Assembly (NCBI GenBank): GCA_946965045.2
Contig: OX337234.1
Location: forward strand, 1,798,001-1,862,000
Length of the DNA stretch: 64,000 nucleotides
Origin: Epithemia pelagica
Taxonomy: Eukaryota; Protista; Bacillariophyta
Direction: 5' to 3'
Below the pieces are notes generated by a model, which saw nothing but the letters and a program-made list of their open reading frames with translations, searched no databases and was not told the origin of the DNA. Position 1 is the first letter of the stretch, and each line of letters begins with the position of its first letter. Positions 38,521 through 51,390 of this stretch are shown here, piece after piece. The position numbers and the translations under genes are program-made.

Positions 38521-40581
38521 AATGACAATGATGGTAACCAAGAAAACAATGACAATGGTGAGAGCACTGAAATTCATGTCGTTACATTTTCATTCTTGCA
38601 AACTAACATCAGTCATCTCCCCTGCCAGTTTCTTGTTTTCCTTTGATGACTCCTTGTCTCCCTGGTGGACAAGGTTGGCGGATGCCGGCAGATCCTCTGG
38701 TTCCAAATGACCTTGTTCCGAGTCGTCTGCATGTTCGTTAGTTTTCTTCAACACACTCCTTGGATCCATCGACTGTTTTTATGTGGATCCACTCCCATAA
38801 TCATGTCACGCAGTTTGTAAAATAGTTGTCCTTGCAACAGTTTGTTGGGTGCTATTCTGTTCTTCAAGGAGGTCAGATGCAACTATAGAAACTACTAGAA
38901 CAATGTCAACATCCACCTTCTCATGGAGCTGTTCATCGAACAAGTACTCCATTGTCAGTTTGGTCTCAACTGTAGAAACTACAACAATGTCAACGTCCAC
39001 CTTCTGATGGAGCTGTTCATCCAATGCAGAGTCCAGTTTCCCGACAACATCTCAACCAGGACACTTCTTTGGGACCCATATAAATGATATTAGCTAAATC
39101 TTGTGTTCTGATCCCTTTTTCACATCCAGCATCATCCAAACAGTTTTGTCTAACTCCATGTGCTGGCGTGGTTGAAGATCTCAAGGACAAGGATCATGGT
39201 CTCGGAATGACATAGCATGTTGCATGAATTACCCCACAGCATGGGCTCGAATGCCGGCCCGAACACGGGGCCTATCGATTCTACATGGTTATTGCCGTCC
39301 AAACATATGGCCTTCCCATTCAGGACATGAAGCATAACAAACACTTTCTAGAATTTCTCCAATCAACTGACACCTGGATGACTTACCACAATCATGGTCG
39401 GTGAGAAAAGGGGGAGGGTTACGGTTACAGTGAGAAGGGGGCGAGAGAGTAAGTCATAAAACATCCATGTATCAATTGAAATTCTGACTTACAGTCAGTT
39501 CAGTCATTTTTCATAGACAAATGATTTTTTTTATTCATTCAATGCTAGTCCAGGACGGCATCTGTCAACAGAACTACAAGGTTGTGGCTGCAAATTGGAG
39601 CGCCAACATTCATTGCGGACGACAACACCCAAAAAATTCGCTTCCAATGAGATGGCAATTCATCAACAACTCTGGCAAAACTGCAAAAACAACTACAAAG
39701 AAGCTACACCACATGCATAACAAATTGGACAATAGTTTTGTTCATACTAGTTGGATCCACTCACATAATCATGTCACGCAGTTTGTAAATAGTTGTCCTC
39801 CTTGCAATGGTTTTGTAAAGAAATCGGCCACCATGTCGTTTGTTGGACAGTGCTCGATGGAGATTTCCCCCTTTTTGACTTGATTCTAGTACTGTCAAAC
39901 AACAGGTTTCTAATAAAGTACTAAACCCATACAATTTTTTGTTCAAAATTGAAGCAAAGACCCTTGCACTATCAAGGAAGTCCTCTGTCAGAAGGGCAGG
40001 ACTGGCAACGATACCTTCAGATGAACTAATCATAGGGATCAACTCTCACGAAGTGAAGGAGGCACCCAGTGAATCTTTCTTTGATATTGCATCCAAACGT
40101 TACGTAGTCAATGCCTCACGCCAAAATGAGAGGTATCTGATTCTAATTTGTTGGTCTTGGGTCCAATCAAGACAAGGCAACACTTGCAAGGCAGACCTTC
40201 CCGTGAAGAAACTCTTTGCTGTACCAGGGTCTTCTTACAAAATTTGTTCAAGGGATGTTTTTCTCGCAACAAGGAGTCTGTTATCAGTCGCTGAGACACA
40301 GACACCATGTTGATTCAGATGCCGCTACATGGACCAAAGTTCCTAAGAGGAAGAACCAGAGGAGGATCAGGCAGAACCAACAACAATCCACATATGGGTT
40401 GTTCATCCTCTTGGCCCCGGACGCACTGTTGCTGCTGCCATTAAGGCCTTCACCTGCCATGGTTTTTTTTAAGCGCTAGCTTTTTTCCATGTATCTAATA
40501 ATCCCCTCTTTATGACCATTGCAAAACTTGTTGAGGATTGTTGTTTTTCGTTAGCCGTAGTGATAGGAAGTTTTTTGGCGC

Positions 40582-40625
40582 TCCATCGGCACCCTCATTG
40601 TCGATCCATTTCGGGTGCCGATGGA
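40582..40625. other. Perfect 13-bp GC-rich inverted repeat (hairpin, 18-nt loop)
   Basis: TCCATCGGCACCC (40582-40594) and GGGTGCCGATGGA (40613-40625). Confidence 0.9.
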
Positions 40626-42156
40626 TCGGCATGATGAATTGCCTCCATATTCCCTCCATTCCTAAGTCCGATACTCCGTAAATTTGTATGGTAGGAAACC
40701 TTGTCTTACTTCGTCACTCTTGCCTAAAGTATAGTAAAATATTTCAAAACCTTGGAGGTTTTCAAAGGTTTGTCTAAGTAATATAGTAGGAACGACATAG
40801 GTTTTGGAGGTTTTCCACCAATCATATCTCTGCCTTAGCTAAGTGTACTAGTCCGTCTTGTGAAAATATGGGGGGGAAAGGCCAAGAAGAGGAGGGAAAG
40901 GGAAGGAGGAAGAAGAGAGAAGGGAAGGGAAGGATTTGTAACTAAGATTCCATTGATTGCAAGATGCAACCAAACCAATTCTCACTCACATTTCGTTGCT
41001 TCTGAACGAATGTCATGCTTTCAAGGCATCCTTCTTCTTTGTTCTTGAATGTGAGTATCAGAGGGGAAGAGGCGCGTACATGTTTTCCTTATAACCTACT
41101 GGCACTCACATTCGCTCTTTTTGCCCTCCTTACATTTAACTTCTCAGACAGTCGGAGGAGAATCAGACTCATTATTGCAAGGTACGTGTGTGCTTCACGC
41201 ATTCGCACGGATCATCGCGCGAAGATCTCACGCGTCACTCCTCTGCGCGCGAAGATCGCTTGCAGAACTTGCTACCTGCTACGAAAAGGATTCGCTGATA
41301 ATTTTTTTATTTCATTTTTCTAACTCAAATCTTTTCTCGTTGCTGTTGTAGTTCTTTCAGATCATGACAGTGGTTTTCTCATTCAGTTCTTGCAATATTT
41401 TGGTGCTTTGTCTTTCAAAAATTCATTTGGTGGTATTGTTTGGATGTGGTGGTGGTTTGGATGGCATGATGGTCGTGGTTTGGTTTTGGCAGTGGATCCA
41501 AGATGAAGTGGACGACAGTCTCCATTGGACTCATCCAGCCCTTTCCTTCCTTTTCTTTGTGTTGGTGTTCTGCTTCTTCTTGGGACAATCATCATCATGA
41601 GGAGGCCGGCCTCTCCTTCCACCAGTATCACAATATGAAAAATATTTGGCACAACAGAACTCTGTTTGGTGCCGTTGTGATGTTGTCTTTGGTGGGTTCA
41701 TCGAGTGGCCCAGCATGTTCCATGACCTCCCCATCGAGCGAATTTCTTCTTGAGTCCTGACCTTCTCTCTGGGGAGTGTTTCGTCTGTCATTCGACAAAC
41801 TCTTGCTCACAAATTGGATTTCACATCCTTTTAGTTAGAGGGAAACTAGAGGCAGAAACTATCCTTGTCAAAAAATAAAAAATGTAGTTTCTATTACCAT
41901 AGTAACAACACGAGGCCAAGACGGGGACAAATCATGACAGGGCAAAGCTAATGAATGGTATGCTTATACCATTTGGCAGACCTTTCTTCAAGAATGATAC
42001 ATGATGCACCAACTTGTCCTTTGGTCAGTCTGGCCCTGAACTTTTTAATGAGTTTTTTTTCTTTCCATTTGTTTGTCCGGGGAGGAGCCACCCTGTTGGG
42101 CCTGGAATTCCAAAAAGGGACAAGCTTGATATTAATCAAGCAAGGCTGAAATTAGG

Positions 42157-44215
42157 TTAGTGGTATCTCAGAGGCCATATTTTGGATTTTTTCAGTTGAC
42201 AAGCATACCCCGGGCCCTGTTTGTCAATGAACTGTTTTGATGATAGCTCCGTGGCAGCTGCAACAAGACTAGGCACACCAGACTGTTTTCCACGGGAGAT
42301 AGCCTCCTCGACCGCCTTTTTTGCTTTAGCCTTGACCTTCCTTGAAATGTCTGGGCCAAAAGGGTGAGAATGCATCATATTGATGCAATGGAGACGGACC
42401 TTGGTCAGGAGTGCTGCAATGGTCATTTCCTGCAGTTGTCCATCACTCATTCTCAGGCCAAGTGACCGGGACCTTGGTTGTCTCATAAGTTCCATGAATG
42501 AATTTGTCATCTCACTGGAGGGAGCTCTTGGTGGCTCCGGGGTGGGATCCATGGTGGGATTGTTCGATGACACTTGTGGCTCTTTGTCAGTGTCGTTGTT
42601 GTTTTCTTGTTGGGCCTCCTCAATGCTTGTGACCGGAGTGATTTGCTGTTGCTGTGTCAGTACCAACTGTGCCATCATTGTTTTCATTTCAGCCAGGTCC
42701 TTCTGGAGGAGACGGTTCTCATCACGTAGTAAGGCTAGCTCTCTATGTGTCGCTTTCTGTTGTTCGACTAGAACCTTTTCGAATCCGTCACACTGCTTGG
42801 CTTTTGACTCCATAATGGCATGGTATGCCAGACTGTTGATTGTTTGCATTTTATTGTGAATCTGTCTTCCCCATTGTTCAATACTGTGGTCTTCAATACC
42901 AACATCATTGCATTGCGCAATAAAGAAAGCTGCCGCAACATGGTCTTTTCCGTACGTCTCCACCACCTGCTCTTGATACATGAACAGACTGGCAAGGATG
43001 GTGTCACGGAGAGGCTGAAATGCCAAGCTGGTCCATTCTGGAGATGAAAAGATGCTTAGGGCCAGATTGTCAATCCGGATAAGGTTAGATGAGGCTGTTT
43101 CTATGGCAGCAAGAGTCGGCTGAGACACAGTTTGCTCCGAATGCTCGTACCCGGCAAGAATCTTTTCGGACATCGCAATGTACTTCTTCTCGAATAGGTA
43201 CCGGAGCATGGTACATTCCGAAACAAACTCCCAACCACCACGGAAAATAGCTCCAAGGACTGTACCAACAACGTCCAAGGAGTGTACCGTTAGAAGCATG
43301 TCGTCAGCTGCTCCAGCTCGAATGCCGTGGCCTGTAAGCTTCCCATGTAAACCTGGGATTCGGGCACTTTCACAAACATCATGAATGGTCTTGGTTAATT
43401 TCCCTGCTGCCCCTCCATCCACATAGAGAGAGAGCTTGGGGAAGAGAAAACTCCTCTCTCCTTGTTCTGTAGGTTGTGTTGCATGATATCCTGGTTTGGT
43501 CACGACCATACACCCAATGGCATGGTAAGGATCCAACATCAATCCACGGGCATCTGGATAGAAATCCAGTAGAGTTGATTTTGCATTCTTGATCTCTCCC
43601 CAGTCAATAAACAGTCTTTCCTGCCATGACATTCCATGGAAGGAAACAAGGGCCACCTCACTTGATCGTCCGGCTGCTTGTCGTAGAATCGCCGTCATAG
43701 CCGTGCGTATCTCCATGTCATCTGAATTTGCTTTTTTTAGTTGATTGATGCATTCCCCTCATAATGCCATCCACAATAGAGTGGAGGGCATGATAGTGAA
43801 TCCCTTCAGTTGTTTCTTCCAACTTGCCCCCATACTTGATGCACTCCGCACGTGATCGGAACTTGAAATCTGAGTACAGCTCCGCCCACCACCTGCTCTT
43901 CGGATGATCCTTCTGCAGCCAATCTGCATCTTGGAATCTCTCAGCAAGAATTGTCTTCGGTGTTGCAAAAAACTTCAAATAGGAAGCAGGGGAATATGGC
44001 ACTGATTTCCCATCAACCACTTGCCGTAGCTCCAGTACATAGGTGGCGTATGAGCGGAAAATGTGGAGAAGACAATAGTTGCCAGCTTCATCCATTTCAG
44101 AGACTTCAGACAAGGTGAAGGAAAATAATTTGGGGCATCCATGAATCTGGGCAAAATCATCAAGAAACCGGGAGGCACATCGTGCTTTCTCACAGGACCG
44201 TGAAGTTGACTTCTG
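42157..44215 (-). mobile_element. Crypton-like tyrosine recombinase gene (one frameshift)
   Basis: Catalytic set R (AAGRSSE), K (EIKNAK), HxxR (GHGIRAGAA), W (RGGW) and Y (LRYL), followed by ILAGY and a coiled coil. An extra G in ATGAGGGGAATGC (about 43755) separates it from the upstream 43718-44215 frame. Confidence 0.75.
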
Positions 44216-44814
44216 TCAGAATGGGGGAATGCGACCACTCATTTCTTTTTCAAGCACTTCAAGAGGAACAGCATTGAATACTGGGTCATCCAGCAGCAGC
44301 TCAGAGGGTATGGACTCCATGTTGGTTGACAGCAGCAGCACACACTCAAAACTCTAAACGGTTTGATTGTTCAGGTGGAGAGATTTGAACCCACGAGGAG
44401 ATTTGTGGAAATGTGGCGGTTTCAGCTCCAGTTGGGCGCGAGATCTCGACAGGCAGAAATTAGTTAGGCCAGAAGAGGGCGGGCGTCCATCTCCTCCTCC
44501 CCTGCGCAGGGACATGTCCCTGGGCAAAAAACAAATCCCTTCGGGAAAGGCGGCCGAGTTCATAGTCATGCCGGAAGACGAAAACGTAGAAAGAACAGCG
44601 AGGGAGTACACACTGCGACTAGGAACGCTATGTATATGTCGAGAACTAATTTGTACTCCCATAGCAACTCTAGCTAAAACGAAACTCCCACGCCGGGAGC
44701 TAAAATTTTCCTGTTTACTCCTACCAATTAGCGTAACGTTAATTAGGCGTGTAGTACACAAACCGTGGAAACACACCATTCCCGCCCGTACCCAGCCCAA
44801 GCTAGAAGCAACCG

Positions 44815-45100
44815 TGGACTACCACGTGTCAAATTACCAAAAAGGCCCTCATTTGGTTTGTTCTTACTTTTTGTCATGTCCCAACCTAATAAATGTGAAA
44901 TTGTGATTGAAAGAATGTTTGTTGACAACCCAGGGTAGGATATTCTGATGTCCTTACATGCCTTCATATAGTTATCGATGCCATCTAAGTCAACCTCTGT
45001 AGGATCTGGTGGAATGCCTTTTCCAGTCTCTGCTGCCATCATAATACGTATAGGATAACAACATTTCAGTCACATGACACTTTGTGGGACCCAACAATTC
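44815..45100 (-). mobile_element. Helitron Rep-domain relic
   Basis: RISYPGLS...HLLGWD...EGLFGNL resembles the segment preceding the HUH motif (EEQGR.TLH.H) of Helitron Rep; the sequence is truncated there. Confidence 0.5.
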
Positions 45101-45449
45101 ACAAAAATGAATGGATGTCTTGTTGTTTATGAAAATAAGGTGGTTTTCTTCTTTTGTATTGGTCCACAAACCACAAACCATGTACAAGAATGGTGGAAAA
45201 TGTGGTACCGTGGTGTGAATCAGCTCTCTTTACGGAGGGAATAAAGCTTATAAATCTCTGTAAGGCCCAAGGAGGTGCGCAGTCATGTCGGGATTGGATT
45301 TCCTGGTCCAACATCGGATAAAGAATCTCTTCTGCAAAGGTGCTTCTCATATGGTGGCCAGATAAAGACCAAAGAGGTGCACAGTTGTGCTGGGATTGAT
45401 TGTGGGTCCCACAACCAATACACCAGTAGCTCTGTGGAGGTGCGTTTGT

Positions 45450-45640
45450 CAGGTGGGACTCATTTTGGTACCAGAGAGGTGCGTAATCTTGCCGGGATTG
45501 GAGTCTCTGGGTCTGAAAGAGAAACTCTGTAGAGGTGCGCTAGTAGGTGGGACTCATTTTGGTACCAGAGAGGTGAGTAATCTTGCCGGGATTGGAGTCT
45601 CTGGGTCCCAGAACTGAAAGAGAAACTCTGTAGAGGTCCA
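45450..45640. repeat. About 95-bp tandem duplication
   Basis: GGTGGGACTCATTTTGGTACCAGAGAGGTG..TAATCTTGCCGGGATTGGAGTCTCTGGGTC..GAAAGAGAAACTCTGTAGAGGT occurs twice. Confidence 0.9.
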
Positions 45641-47520
45641 ATAGTCAGGTGGAACACATATGATACAGGTGCAACTGTGGTGGGAATGAATTTACATGTT
45701 AGGAGTTGGATGTCATTTGAAATTTTCTAAATCACAGGAACCATTCTTAAGAGGGGTGAGTGGCAATGTCATGATGGGTATGAAATTTTCTGTATAGTCA
45801 GGTGGGACACATATACAGGTAAAACTGTGAGTGGAATGAATTTACATGTTGGGAGTTAGGTGACTGTTGTGAAAGTTGCTGAGGAATCACACAAACACAA
45901 ACCCTTCTTATGAGGGGGGGGGGGGGGGGCATGAATGTTAATGCCGTGATGGGAATGAAATTTCCTGTGTTGCCTGTGATGGGAATGACAGTTTTTGCGG
46001 GAATGATGAATGTTTTGACACTCACAAAAAATGTGGTTGTGTCAACTCACCATTGTGAAGGTGAGGATGGGAAACTACGTGGGAAAAACATGGATTCCTT
46101 AAAGCAATGAGGGGATGCAGATGTGATGCGGAATGTGACAAGCGATCCCATAAATTCAGATCAATTCATTAAAAACCATTGTTGTAGTGCTTGAGGCCAT
46201 GGTAAGCTTATAGTCCATTTGCATCATGATGTTTTATGATTTGCCTCTGATACATCATGATCTATTCATTTGTTGTCCAACACTATTGACCAGAGTAACA
46301 ACTACGATCAGGCGACTGAATCTCCACTGGGGATGAGAGCCAGTGTTGGCAGTTCCAGGCCATCAAAGCTTACTCCCACCAGAACCAAAAAGTATCGGAT
46401 TCCCATGATGCAGAAGGGAGTGACCAAGACTATGGCAGGCAAAAAGGGGCCAACGATTACGGAGGTACATAAGGAGCAGTGTGGCCCAGGTAGAATGCCA
46501 TCAAGTTCTTGGATTGATTCGGATATGTTGAGTTCACAATCGAACCCGTCGCTCCGGCTGTGGTCGACAATTCCCCCAGCATATAACGTGGACCAGGATA
46601 GTCGTAAAATAATGAATTTACTATATATATCTTGAGTTCGCAATCGAGGTACCTGCGGATATGCCATAGTTTGTAAGTGTGGTCCGCACCTAATTCACAG
46701 GAAATAGTTATTCGTGGTTTTCAATTCCAAAGTCTAGTGGAAGCTGGTGTAATGCTCCTACTCCCAGTACGAGTAGGTGCAAGTAGGAGTGTCCCACGAT
46801 GTCGGTGGTAAGTGCTGCGTGGTGGTTGCGGGTAGATCAGTCATGGCAGCTGTAAATGTAGTGCCAGGATAATGGACAGAAAATGTGTGTGGGAGTACCG
46901 GAAAAACGTTTCCATCGAGATAACGGTCGTATACTTGTTCGAAACGGTCAGATTCCACTATTCCGTAGGTCCTGGTGACTTTGAGCTTCCACATCATTGA
47001 AAGTGGACCTGGATCATTTCAAGGACCAAAGACAAAAAGTCCTTAGAGACCGACATCAAATGTCTGTGACTCCTACAGTAGAGCTTGTTTTTAGTGTAAA
47101 CTAGAGTATGCTTTTGCAGCTGGCGCGACGCCTGCCGTCGGTCATTTATTAATTTAGTTCCATATTTTGCGCAATCTTGGTAGAAGAGTTGTGGCCATCT
47201 CCAGACCTCTGAGCCTAGACGGCTTACCCGACTCGTTCATACGTGAATCGTTGATCTTTTTGATGAACTCCGGAGGTACGGAAACCCAAAAAAACGGTAC
47301 CTGTGCATAGCTAGGTATAGAGTTAGTCCGTGGGTCTAGGTAGTGGAGCTCAATTCGTTCAGGTTAACTCGGACTCCACATCTGAGTTCCCTCTTTTCTT
47401 TTATTTCTAATCACACCGCCACCATGTAGTGATTGGTGAAAACACTGAGCTGTGAATCTTTTGTGGTCAAAGTCCAAAACAAATGATCAGGATCTTCTTC
47501 ATGGAAGTGTTTTGCTAGTT

Positions 47521-49558
47521 TTAGTGATGGAAACCAGAGCCTCTTCTATTTGTATGGAAGCGGTTTCGATCGTTGAACGGGCGGCCTCTGTGCACATTTC
47601 TGCCATGTGAGCTACTATGTCCTCTGCCGTACTCACCCCCAGAGCGACCATTGAAAGTTCGATGTTGCCGAGGACCACCACCACGACCAGCATTTTGATT
47701 CCTGCCTTGGTCTCTACGACCAGAGCCTGACGACACAATAGTTGGCCTGCTGTTCATTGCTGCCAAGCACCTGGCGACCACCTCCACGTGATCCGGCGAT
47801 GTTGCGAGCAAGTTTTCCGCTCCTTCTCTGTACTTGTCCACTGCACTGCCTGGCACTGCTTTCAGTTTGTTCAAGGCCGTTTCGGTCTCCAACGCTATCA
47901 AATCATTATCTGACGGGGGATCTAAAACTTCAAAGCGAAACTCATGTCCCAATTCTTTTTCGATATAAAACAAGTCTCTCTTTTCATAGTGTCGGAATAT
48001 AACAAGCGATGTTCCCTCTCGGCCAGCTCTCCCCGTTCGTCCCGATCTGTGGACATAAGTATCAGTGTTTGATGGAGGGCCTATCTGAACAACAAGGTCA
48101 ACTTCCTTGATATCAATTCTGTTGGAAAACATAAAACAAGACTGAGAACAAAGTAAAAGTACAAGACTTGTTCACCGCGTGCAGCACACTTACCCTCGAG
48201 CAGCGACATCAGTTGCGACAAGGACATTAAAGTTTCCTCTGCGAAATCCATCCAAGGTCTTATCTCGTTGCATCTGAGAGTGGTCGCCATGAAGCGACGC
48301 GGCCATCAACGTCTGAAATACTCCCGACATGACAAGTTCGTCGGCTTCTCGCTTTGTACTTGTAAAAATAATTGTTTTGCCATGCGCGCTCTTTTTGGTG
48401 TCATTATCCGCCTTCTTGTGAGATAATTGGAGCCGGATGACGTTTTCCAATATGGAATAGATTTCATGGTCGGCGCCAGGGACTCGCACGGCGATATGGC
48501 GCACGGTTGTGGCAACCCGGGCACCTCCTTCATCGCTGGTGGCGTCAATTGAAAATGGATCCGTCTGGTACTGACGACCAATCCGCTTCACCCAGTCAGG
48601 GGTCGTGGCAGAAAACATGAGACTTTGCGGCTTTTCCTTATTCGCCGTGCCCATCTTCCCAAGAACCTGTTCCACCTGCTGAGAAAAGCCCATGTTCAGC
48701 ATTTCGTCGGCTTCATCCAACACTGAAATGTTACATTCACTCAAGTCCAGATTTCCCGACTCAAGGTGGTCAACCAGTCTACCAGGAGTTCCCACCAAAA
48801 TATCTAAACCGGCCAGAAGCGCGTCCATTTGGGGGTTGTAAGAAACTCCACCATGAAAAACTGCAACACGGAGACCTAGAAGATCAGCATACATGGAGAG
48901 TTCGTCGGAGACTTGGCGAGCAAGCTCCCGTGTGGGACATAGCACCACCATCGAGGGTTTCCGTCCCCGCGCCATGCGACCGCTGGTGTTGCGGGTTCCT
49001 TTCTGGACAGTCAGATCCACAAGTCTAGTCATTGTTGGGAGTCCAAACGCCAGAGTCTTCCCGGTACCTGTTCGGGACCGACCAATTACATCTCGCCCCT
49101 GGAGGACTGGTTCAAACGACGCTCCCTGAACAGGCGTGAAGGTTGTAATGCCGCGACGATTCAGCAGCCTTATAATGTCTGGGCTAAGACCAGCATCAAT
49201 CCAATGTGGATTTGAAGTCGACAAGAATTCCTCGCTGTCGTCGACAGAGGCCTGATATACAACCGCACTTTCGGTTAGCTAGAAAGACATCTCCTCATCA
49301 CAAGAACGAATCAGCACGTACAGAACTTTCGTACTCTGCCATTGGCGCAGGAAATGCAGTCTTCATACTGGGGGAATAGCATCGGATCTGACTTGCAACA
49401 AGATGGTGCTTGTTGCTACCGGTAGCTTCGACGATACCCCCGTCGGATTCAAGGAATTTGAAGCACGACCGGTCATGCGTCGTGAGGAGAGACGCAGGAT
49501 ACGTTCGCGTGTTTGCCACGCGGCTCAAACATCGCAACAGTGATTTCGACATCGTCAT
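47521..49558 (-). CDS. DEAD-box RNA helicase, DDX21/RH3-RH9-like, probably organelle-targeted; 3 exons (49558-49322, 49251-48194, 48118-47521)
   Basis: Q motif FTPVQ, SRTGTGKT, PTRELA, GTPGR, DEAD, SAT, ATDVAARG|ID and HRSGRTGRAG. Removing the GT-AG introns 49252-49321 and 48119-48193 restores one frame. The N-terminus is R/S/L-rich and the tail RG-rich. Confidence 0.93.
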
Positions 49559-49970
49559 TAGTCACAATAAAACAATCCGGCTTTCTGCAAAAAGTTGATA
49601 TCCTCGAATTCCGTTTAGATCGTTTTCTCTGCCAGCATCGAAGGTCCAAGAAAGATTTTCTGGGCGACTTTGGAGTGAACAGAAAAATCTCACCAGCTCA
49701 GCTGTCCTGGGTGCCTGGGTGGTTCACAGGAAGATCAGTCTGGAGCAAAGGACGGACGATGGATGGTCGCATGTGATGATTATATGCGACTCGTGTGTGT
49801 ACCGTTGGAGTTGGAGGTTGGAGGGCGTTTTTGGTCGGAGCTTTGTTCACGCACGACAAGAAATGACCTTAGAATTGCACCGCTCCGTTGTCTGTTGACT
49901 TGTCGTGACTTTCGCTGTCTTCTGTCGATTATTCCAATCCATTGAACTGTGTCCGGTCTCCAAGTGAACC

Positions 49971-50881
49971 ATGTCGAATCAACCAGGGAATCCGTCCGCA
50001 GCTGGGACCGCATCATCCATAATGGGTGTAATGACCATGGCGTAAGTCCCACCTTCGCGCGGTCATTGCCTGGACTATGGCGCACGTCTTCCTCCGATGG
50101 ACCCGTCGACCAGATCTCCATGTGCGACCTTGACTTGTTAATGGCATTCTAGTCTCTCACATTGAAATCACAATACTTCGTTTCCAGGAAGGAGAAATGG
50201 GATGCGAGTGGAGCCAGCGAAGCGATGGGTCGGGTTTCTGCTTCGATCCCCGATTCTACCAAGAAATATGTGAGCGGTGTGTTCAAACGGGAACACTTGC
50301 GATCATTCGCTGTCTTTTTTGGCATTGGAGAGGACCGCCCTTTCTATCTTGAAAGCACCCCGTCTCTCCTCATGGACCGGTTGCGCCACAATGCAATGTT
50401 CTTCTACCTCAATTACCTTCTCTTGACCGCAATTTTGTTCTGTCTTACTCTGATCATAAGTCCATCAGCAATTATTGAAATGGCCCTGTTAGCTGCTGCA
50501 TGGATGTGGATAATCCGTGCTTCGCAATCCGGAAGTCTAAAAATCGCCAGTGAGTATTCGATGATTTCTTCAAAGAAATTCCAGGCCAATCACTTCGTCG
50601 TTGTTCTTACAGTTTTGTGTGTTCTTTTAGATATTACCATACCGCAACAAACTGCCACTATTATCATGGGTGTCATCTCAATCTTTGTGCTCCTATACGT
50701 GCTCTCTGGAATATTCTGGTGGACGCTGTTCACGAGTGGGTTCTTTGTTGCGGTTCATGCGTTTATGAGAGATGCCAGTTTACACAAAGATATGGAAGAT
50801 GTTGTTGCAATGGAGGGTGACATGAATATTGGCGGTGAGGATGCCGCCTTCCTGAACGTTGCATCTGTGGATCAGGTGTAA
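49971..50881 (+). CDS. PRA1 family protein (prenylated Rab acceptor); 3 exons (49971-50041, 50188-50549, 50631-50881)
   Basis: RLRHNAMFFYLNYLLL motif, two hydrophobic hairpins and VHAFMRD. GT-AG introns at 50042-50187 and 50550-50630. Confidence 0.88.
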
Positions 50882-51390
50882 ACTAATTCAAAATTTTCAT
50901 TACCGCGACCTTAATTGACCGACGAGAATGGACTAATCCTACCAGGTGTATTGAGAAGGGGTGAAGACTACCGCACCACTGATTACTTCAGATATACTTG
51001 GTGATCTGCTTGATATCATCGGCATCCATTTTCCACTTAAAGCAGACTTTTCGGTCAACCCTTGAAGAGCGATAAGATCATAACAATGCTCCAAGTAACA
51101 GAAATCATGGTCATCATTTCCATCCTGCTAGTAGGTCTTATCAAGCGACAGAGCTGTGAACTCTCGGTTTGTGTCCAGGTTGATCGAACTCGTTGTTACC
51201 TGGGGAGGTGACTCAACCAAGCACCAGAAAATCGATTCGACTCGACTGATTGCACCTGTCCTCAGCTGAAAGACAGGGAAAGATCGACCAAGTCACTCTC
51301 TCCGAGTGCTGTACTCTCAGTCATTCTAACAGGAATTCGCTCGTCGATGGAGGTTCCTCAAATCCATCTACTGCCCAAAAAAGTACCAAG

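Noticed and set aside
45910-45930. G-runs (also 13016 and 18628) as functional G-quadruplexes
   Set aside because: Simple homopolymers in degenerate DNA with unreliable lengths.
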